Source: Phaeosaccion multiseriatum (taxonomy: Eukaryota; Protista; Ochrophyta, other classes). Taken from it: a DNA stretch of 64,000 bases. A program made the translations under genes and the position numbers. Below the pieces are notes generated by a model. The model was not told where the DNA came from. It was given only the letters and a program-made list of their open reading frames with translations, and did no database searches. The DNA lies in the NCBI GenBank assembly GCA_965112735.1, contig OZ218954.1, positions 372,001 through 436,000 of the forward strand, given 5' to 3'. Below are positions 12,501 through 19,851 of the stretch, piece by piece. How positions within the stretch are numbered: the first letter of the stretch is position 1; every line of letters starts with the position of its first letter.

Positions 12501-14641
12501 CCAACAAGGAGCTGGCGACATCAGAGTGCAGGCTCTCTTATAGGAAGACAGCGCCGCACTCCCCGGACCGGTATGTAGACAAGGTGATCGTCAAGCTGCC
12601 TACCGACAAGTGCGAGTTCGTTCTGTTGGACCTGACGAAGGTCCAGGACCAACGCAAGCTGCTGCGGCTGCCGGGCATGGGGCGGGCAGCAGGGGGGAGC
12701 CGAGGGGTGGAGCCGAGATGGGTGGCCGTGCGGGCAGATACGCTGAATGGCGAGCCTGTTCCCGGCACCATTCGGCTCGAGGTTATCTTTAGAGACTATG
12801 GCCAACCTCCGCCACCGCCTGCTGTTGGGGTGCAAGAAGGAATCGTGCCAAGGCTAGTCGACTTCCGCCCACCAGGGTTCAAGGAGGAGAGGGCCTGCTG
12901 CGCGCCCGAGGTGAAGGTGACGAGGGAGAAGGTGACGAGGGAGAAGGGGAGGGACAAGCTTGTAGCTCTCCGAGTTGAACACTCCGAGAAGGCCCGCTCT
13001 CTGCCGAAGGTGCCGAAAACGAAGACTCAGCGGAGGAAGAGCGCAGAGGCTGCCGCTCTCCGCAAGAGAATTCGCGACGCGGACCAGGCGAGGGCGAAGG
13101 CGTATGGTGGAGGGCACCGCAAGTGGCGCCCATTACGGGAAGGTGACTTGTCTCGCAGGGCCGGGCTGGGGCCGAATACCCATTCCGTGCAAGTGCTTGA
13201 TGTCATGGAGGGCTGTTCCGCAGAGGATGCCACGAGCCTACGCGAGTACTTGGAGAAGCTCACTCCCTGTCAGCGCTGGGGCGGGGCGGATCCGGGGGTT
13301 CGCTCTTTCCTCCATATCTACGACATGGGGAATAACCGCGTGTATCGGGTTGGGCACAAGTTCTCTGCTAACGTGCGGAAGGTGCAGAAGAAAATCGCCC
13401 GCCTGGACGGGGCCATACACGAGGCGAGAGAGGTAAGCAAGGAGCTTAGTAGCGAAAGGCAAGGCAGGGGAAAACTGACAGCTCACTCGCTCCGCTCAGC
13501 CATGGGAGGAGGCCTCCCCTCCGCCCCTCCTCTCTTGCCCCTACTCTTGACTTGTTCCCTGGCTGCTGACTGAATCGGCCGCTCCCGCCCTCCTCTCCCT
13601 CTCCCTTGCTAGGTCGGCGACACTGCCATCCTCAAGGCGCTGTGCTCTGAGCAAGCCAAGATACGCCAGCGTTTGAAGCACCATACTTTGGTGCTTCACA
13701 CAATCGCCATCAGGCTCATCACAGCGACTTTTACCCACTTTGTGTTGCCCCCGGTTGACGCCAAAGCGTGGGCGAGCCGGAAAGGCCGCTTGAGAGCGGG
13801 TCTGCCCAGGGACATGGGGAAGGACATGGCGGCTCTATCCTTCGGAAAATTTCGACAGCGGCTTCGATTGGTGAGTGCTGGCTGGACAGGAGTTAGGGGA
13901 AGGGAATAGGGAGCCCAAAGCTGTATACGAGGAGGCGACTGCCCTCGCTCCGCCTTGCTTGCCTCTTACTAGGCCTACTTGCTGCTCCTTTGCCTCTGCC
14001 TCCTCTCGCTCGTCCTCCTCCCTCACCAGGCGGCATCGTCTCCATCCTGCCCTCTGACGACCCTCTGTGAGCCCAGCGAAGCCTACACCACCAAAACGTG
14101 TGGCTCTTGCGGGGCTTACAACGAGGCCGTCGGCGGCAAGAAGCAGTGGGTATGCCCCACTTGCCACCAGATGCTACTCCGCGACCCCTCAGCCGCCCGG
14201 ACCATCACTCTGTTGGGGTTGCAGGAGTTCGCAAGGGGCGTGCTTCCATCCTCGTCCGTGCTGAAGCCACAAGCGAAGGCACGGACACACCAAACCTCCC
14301 CAGTACGTCGTGTTGGAAGAAGGCATAAGCAAGTCGCCCGCCCTGCCGAGCACCTGCGTTCTTGTTCTTGTTTGTGTCTGCCTGCAACAATACCCTTCCC
14401 CCCCTTCCCTTCAGCTTTTCTTCTTCACTTGCTCTTGCCTGGGCCGCTTTTCTTGCTTTGCTTTCTTGACTTGTTGCCCTGCCTCACTACCTCGCCTGCC
14501 TGCCTGCCTGGCCTCGCTCCGCCCTCTCGCTCGTCCTGCTGTTGCTTTGCTAGTCGGGGCCACCTGCCGGGGGAGCAGCCGGAGGGCTTGCCCAAGAGGC
14601 TGTACAGGCTACTTCGCGATCGGAGCGTAGTCTGTAGGTGA
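3259..14641 (+). CDS. Giant spliced protein (~3,000 aa): Gly/Arg-rich region + zinc-dependent deaminase + enlarged Fanzor2/IS607-TnpB-like RNA-guided RuvC nuclease
   Basis: Predicted exons 3259-3458, 3672-3876, 4338-6317, 6441-6563, 6730-8088, 8218-10482, 11297-13432, 13613-13870, 14030-14641. Every junction is GT..AG with matching phase (first phase 2, rest phase 0) and the joined frame has no stops. Motifs: HAE..PCYAC, RAASIKLQP, GADPGVRSF, VLPP, EAYTTKTCGSC, CPTC, RDPSAARTI. The true start and the C-terminal end are uncertain. Confidence 0.7.
4520..6240 (+). repeat. (GGA/GGC/CGA)n coding low-complexity tract encoding poly-Gly/RG/RGG with two duplicated basic motifs
   Basis: Long GGA runs. 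RQTSGESSQxVRVSASRKRARG occurs at ~4880 and ~5405; RRQASGERSPTPPRKRSRG at ~5820 and ~6140. Confidence 0.9.
7690..8235 (+). other. Cytidine/dCMP/TadA/RibD-superfamily zinc-dependent deaminase domain
   Basis: GAIAAGLLNTDTGAILVSG...HAE (H 7864-7866, E 7870-7872)...LVLVVSTAPCYAC (C 7954, C 7963)ARFIVQ...ITHVIAG...GVDKLRETNIQ|VL follows the HxE...PCxxC fold pattern from the first strand to the terminal helix/strand. Confidence 0.85.
10543..11293. repeat. Compound (GT/GTGC)n microsatellite in a Fanzor-gene intron, with a short (CA)n tract just before the acceptor
   Basis: Read directly; lies within predicted intron 10483-11296. Confidence 0.9.
13280..14210 (+). other. TnpB/Fanzor RuvC + C4 zinc-finger module split by two introns
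   Basis: RuvC-I GADPGVRSFLHIYD (D 13289). Bridge helix and KIRQRLKHHTLVLHTIA. FVLPPVD has Pro at the canonical RuvC-II Glu position. MAALSFGKFRQRL, then the relocated Glu in SEAYTTKTC (E 14078), CGSC...CPTC, and RuvC-III RDPSAARTI (D 14183). Confidence 0.9.
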
Positions 14642-14889
14642 GATGGCTGCTGCCTGCTGCTCGCTCCCCTGCACCCCCAGCCACGCCAAAGTCATGAACT
14701 CTTTCCTAACAACCTGCCCCTCTCCCCGCCCGCCCCCCCCCCCGCCCCTCCGCCCCTGCCCTCTGATTGCTTCCTGCCTCCTGCCTCGGCGATTGCTTTT
14801 GCTTCCCGCGATATCTTCCCGCCTCCCGCTCCCGCAATCTCCCGCCTTTGCCAAAAAATTCCAAATTTCGTTTTCTTCTCCCTTTTTCG

Positions 14890-15050
14890 GGCCGGCGGTC
14901 GACGGTATAAAAATGCGCCCAGATCCTGACACGCTATCGCCCACTTTCTCGATAGCGGATAGCACACCCCCACCCCTCGACACCCCCCCCCCCCCAAAGC
15001 CGGCTGGCGCCGGCGATAGCGGATAGCGGATAGCGCGTCAGGGGTCGACT
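14890..15050 (+). ncRNA. Structured segment downstream of the Fanzor ORF; candidate omegaRNA or element end
   Basis: Hairpin CGCTATCG(14932-14939)/CGATAGCG(14950-14957). Long-range inverted repeat CCTGACACGCTATC(14925-14938)/GATAGCGCGTCAGG(15029-15042). GCCGGC-TGGC-GCCGGC hairpin at 14999-15014. Function is inferred from position only. Confidence 0.25.
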
Positions 15051-15958
15051 CTCTCACTCTTTCCTCTCGAAGGCAGAGCGAAGTAAGGCTGTTGAGCTAT
15101 CAAGAGAGTGTTGATTTATCGATAATCTAGAAAATAAAAAAATAAAAAAATAGAAAAGCAAGGTTGGGCCGACCGCGTGTGCTTCTTACGAGCGCACGAA
15201 GGGACCTCAGGAGTGCATTCGCCAAAGGGAGTCTAAAGGCTACCCAACCTAAAACGGAAACTCCCCGAGTGGAGTGCGTCGTGTGAGATATAACGATGCT
15301 GCGGCGCATGTGGAGCTTCCCTTGCTTTGATTGCTTCCCTCGGTGCTGTCTCCTGGCTGATGCACCTCCGCCGGCTCCTTTCCGTGGGACATTCCTACTG
15401 CCTCCTCGTGCACCTCCATGGCCTCCTCTGCCTCTGGAGGGACTGCGCCAAGCCACACCCGAGAATGGAGGGGATTTTATTGACTTACAGGAATCAACCT
15501 AAGACTTACGTATGCAAGGAGGGCTGCTGCTCATGGACCGGATTTGGCCCTTGATGAAGTCAACAACAAGCGGGTGCTGTATACAGCAGGGCTGTCGGCA
15601 GTTTGCAGTTCGCAGTTCATGCAACCTTATCAAAATTGAACACCAAAATGGAATCGACATTCCGGCCTGATGAGGGGGGGCGTGGGTGCGTGCGTGCCCG
15701 GCCCAATCCGATTGTCCCGTAACGGTTTTTCTGAAAATGCATCGCATAGCGCCGGATCGCCTGATTTCAATAGCGCCGGATCGCCTGATTCCTCTGCATC
15801 ATCGCGACGAAGCTCCACTCGAGAAGGCTCCCACTTCCACTTGTGCAGCTCCCACTCCTGCTTGCGCCACGCCTCCTGCATCTTCTATAACTAATTGGAG
15901 AAGGGTTACACTAGGACAGCTTGAAGGTCTTCCCTCAGCCACGCTTCATCCACCTCCA

Positions 15959-18900
15959 ATGGCCATTGTGATTTTTCAGGATGGCAGCGAGGAGACTCTG
16001 TCAATAGGGGAGACGTTAGAGGATACCTTGTCTCCCATCTTTCGTGAGCGATACACTCCAAATGGTGAGTGAGGTATCGATCATGGCTGGTCCTAAGTGC
16101 TTGCTGGTTTGTTAGGACCTGCTCGGTTGACCCGCACCTAATCTGGCGATCTTTCCTCTGATGTCGCTGCACCCCATGATGAAGGCGCGGTGGTGAAGTT
16201 ATGGGTGGCGTTTGGAGGCTTATCAGGTGAGGAGTGCAAGAATAAATTTTTGCGTTTCGAACCATGAGCAACGGAGGTATCAGCCCAGCAGCCCCGTTCA
16301 GCGCTATGTCCGCCCCCCTACTGGTTAAGCACTTCTTCTGCCTATCTGTGTTGCCGAATCTCCCGCTCTCCTCCCCCCCCAACAGGCCCCATTCCCTCCG
16401 AGCTCGGGAATCTCCATAGCCTCACGTACCTAGACCTTTCCACCAACCACCAGCTGTCGGGTGAGTGCATGGGGGGGTCGAGTTGTGTCCGAGGAGACGG
16501 GTGTGCATCCCTGCTGCTCTTGAGCAATGCCCTGAGCTGTGGCGGGGAGGCCTCCAACGAGCTGCATGCATGACGAGCGATGACTCACTCTATGTACTGC
16601 TCCTGCCGAATGCCCCTCTTCTTCCCCCTGACAGGCCCCATTCCCTCCGAGCTCGGGAATCTCCGTAGCCTCACGGAACTATACCTTTCCAGCAACCAGC
16701 TGTCGGGTGAGTGCATGCGGGGGTCGAGTTGTGTCCGGGGAGACGGGTGTGCATCCCTGCTGCTCTTGAGCAATGCCCTGAGCTGTGGCGGGGAGGCCTC
16801 CAACGAGCTGCATGCATGACGATGACTCACTCTATTGACTGCTTCTGCCTGGGCTGCCGAATGTCCCCCTCCCCCCCCAACAGGCTCCATTCCCTCCGAG
16901 CTCGGGAATCTCCATAGCCTCACGAAACTAGACCTTTCCTGCAACCAGCTGTCGGGTGAGTGCATGCGGGGGTCGAGTTGTGTCCGAGGAGACGGGTGTG
17001 CATCCCTGCTGCTCTTGAGCAATGCCCTGAGCTGTGGCGGGGAGGCCTCCAACGAGCTGCATGCATGACGAGCGATGACTCACTCTATGTACTGCTCCTG
17101 CCGAATGCCCCTCTTCTTCCCCCTGACAGGCCCCATTCCCTCCGAGCTCGGGAATCTCCGTAGCCTCACGGAACTATACCTTTCCAGCAACCAGCTGTCG
17201 GGTGAGTGCATGCGGGGGTCGAGTTGTGTCCGAGGAGACGGGTGTGCATACCTGCTGCTCTTCAGCCATGCCCTGAGCTGTGGCGGGGAGGCCTCCAACG
17301 AGCTGCATGCATGAGGATGTCTCACTCTATTTACTGCTTTCCTGCCGAATGTCCCCCTCCCCCCCCAACAGGCTCCATTCCCTCCGAGCTCGGGAATCTC
17401 CATAGCCTCACGATGCTATTTCTTTCCAACAACCAGCTGTCGGGTGAGTGCATGCGGGGGTCGAGTTGTGTCCGGGGAGACGGGTGTGCATCCCTGCTGC
17501 TCTTGAGCAATGCCCTGAGCTGTGGCGGGGAGGCCTCCAACGAGCTGCATGCATGACGATGACTCACTCTATTGACTGCTTCTGCCTGGGCTGCCGAATG
17601 TCCCCCTCCCCCCCCAACAGGCCCCATTCCCTCCGAGCTCGGGAATCTCCATAGCCTCACGAAACTAGACCTTTCCTGCAACCAGCTGTCGGGTGAGTGC
17701 ATGCGGGGGTCGAGTTGTGTCCGAGGAGACGGGTGTGCATCCCTGCTGCTCTTGAGCAATGCCCTGAGCTGTGGCGGGGAGGCCTCCAACGAGCTGCATG
17801 CATGACGAGCGATGACTCACTCTATGTACTGCTCTCCTGCCGAATGTCCCCCTCCCCCCCCAACAGGCTCCATTCCCTCCGAGCTCGGGAATCTCCATAG
17901 CCTCACGATGCTATTTCTTTCCAACAACCAGCTGTCGGGTGAGTGCATGCGGGGGTCGAGTTGTGTCCGGGGAGACGGGTGTGCATCCCTGCTGCTCTTG
18001 AGCAATGCCCTGAGCTGTGGCGGGGAGGCCTCCAACGAGCTGCATGCATGAGGATGTCTCACTCTATTTACTGCTCTCCTGCCGAATGTCCCCCTCCCCC
18101 CCCAACAGGCTCCATTCCCTCCGAGCTCGGGAATCTCCATAGCCTCACGTACCTAGACCTTTCCACCAACCACCAGCTGTCGGGTGAGTGCATGGGGGGG
18201 TCGAGTTGTGTCCGAGGAGACGGGTGTGCATCCCTGCTGCTCTGCAGCCATGCCCTGACTGAGCTGTGGCGGGGAGGCCTCTAACGAACCTGCACGCATA
18301 ACGATGAGTCATCCTCCCGCCCCCTCCCTCTTCCCCCCCTCCCTCGCTCAGACAACCCTGGAAATCTTTACGGTCGTGGGGGGTCCTGGGCCGCTGACGC
18401 CGTGAAGCGTTGGCAGGCACAGATCGCCCCTCCTCCACCCCCCCCTCGACCGCAGCCCGCTGCAAGAGCAGCAGCAGCAACAGGAGTAAATGGTGTCAGG
18501 ACGAGCAGTGGCGCCGCGAGTCCCCTGTCTGCGTGGCTGAGAGACAAGTGCGGCTTTGACAACCCCGACAAGCTGGCCAAGGACCTTGCCGGTGTGGGCG
18601 TCGACATGGGCGTGGTCCGCTTCTCGGAGCAGGAGGACCTGGAGGAGGCCATTGCCAGTCTCACGTGGGCCCCCATCCGCAAGAAGGCCTTCCTCAGAGC
18701 GTGCAAGGCCGGGAGGAACGAGCAGGGATCGGAGTGCCTGAACAAGGCCTTCCATGACTTCACAGTACACAACAAATCTGCGGCAGGGGAAGCAGCGGCA
18801 GCTGCTGGCGTCGGGCCACTGCGTGGACCGTCGTTGGTGCGAATGTGCAGTGACCCACGGCACCCCCCCACCGACTTCACACACGAGCAGTGGGTTTCCA

Positions 18901-19325
18901 CGCGAGATGCTCTATACCAGTACAAGGGCAGCACGGACTCGAAGCATAATCAGGCGCATTGGGTGGCTAAGCACATGAATATGATGCAGGAGAATTACTT
19001 ATCCAGCATCAGCCAGGTGGGGGGCTGCGGTCGCAAACTCGCGGAAGCCGCGGCCATGTGCCACTTGGGGGTGGGCAGACCCCCACCCAAGCCCGGGAGA
19101 CCCGTCAACAGTACTAAGCACAGCGACTGCATGAGCCTTGGCGAGATGATCAGCAAGATGCTTCGCGAAGTGCCCGCCGTGACCACCAAGACATCCTTCA
19201 CGGTGCTGCGGGAGTTCGGCAACGATGAGTCGCATCACAACGCGTGGCGGAAACAGTATGACAGGAAGATTGACTTCGTGCATGCTGCATACGCCGTCGC
19301 CAGTGAGATTCTACACTTGATCTGA
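15959..19325 (+). CDS. LRR (8 single-repeat exons) - SAM-like - DUF4145/HEPN-like protein
   Basis: First exon 15959-16064 (phase 1). LRR exons 16386-16460, 16635-16706, 16884-16955, 17130-17201, 17372-17443, 17621-17692, 17867-17938, 18109-18183, each encoding G[PS]IPSELGNL[HR]SLTxLxLSxN(H)QLS. Last exon 18352-19325 is in phase and contains LSAWLRDKCG...EDLEE...RKKAFLRAC and RKLAE...SLGEMI...LREFGNDESH. Confidence 0.85.
16350..18300 (+). repeat. Tandem array of eight 242-249 bp exon+intron cassettes
   Basis: Exon starts are spaced 249, 249, 246, 242, 249, 246 and 242 bp apart. Intron 5' portions are nearly identical. Confidence 0.95.
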
Positions 19326-19851
19326 GCTGTACCACCAACGCGCTAACTACCATGGCAGACTCGCCCTGCACAGCAGAAGCTGTCATTTGTAAATACATTT
19401 CACTTTCCATCTTCATTTCAGTTTAGTTCTGCACTTGCTGCACCAAGCCCCCGCTCCACCGCTGCTGCCAGAGCTGTGCACATCCTGGGTCTGTTGCTTG
19501 GCGACGACGTCGGGCCGCTGCCGTATGTAGTACTGCCGTGGCCAACGATACCCCCAGGGAGCACAAGTCAGTCCCCCATGCGCCTCCATCATAGCAGGGG
19601 ATGGCAGCCAATGGCAGGCATGCGCTCCTACAACGTCCAACCCTCTCCCCTTCCCCCCTCACCTCCTTGCAGGAGCAAGCAGTTGGTAATACAGCAGCAG
19701 CTGCAGAGAAGATCCCTCTCCCCTCTTCGAAATGCAATGTCCTCGACTCTCCTTCTCTTACCCCAGCCCCACCTTCCTCTCCTCCACCCCTACCCCCCCC
19801 CCCTCTCCTCCTCCTTCTCCTCCTCATCATCATCGTAGCTCGTCCTCATCC

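Noticed and set aside
11219-14641. Fragmented TnpB pseudogene or bacterial contamination
   Set aside because: The ORF breaks coincide with canonical in-phase spliceosomal introns, and the catalytic and zinc-binding residues are intact.
15100-15135. Helitron 3' end (hairpin + CTAG)
   Set aside because: CTAG is followed by A rather than T, no GC-rich hairpin lies ~10 nt upstream, and no Rep/helicase is seen.
16350-18300. CRISPR-like or guide array next to the RuvC nuclease
   Set aside because: Units are ~246 bp, nearly identical throughout, and consist of a GT-AG intron plus a coding LRR exon; there are no unique spacers.
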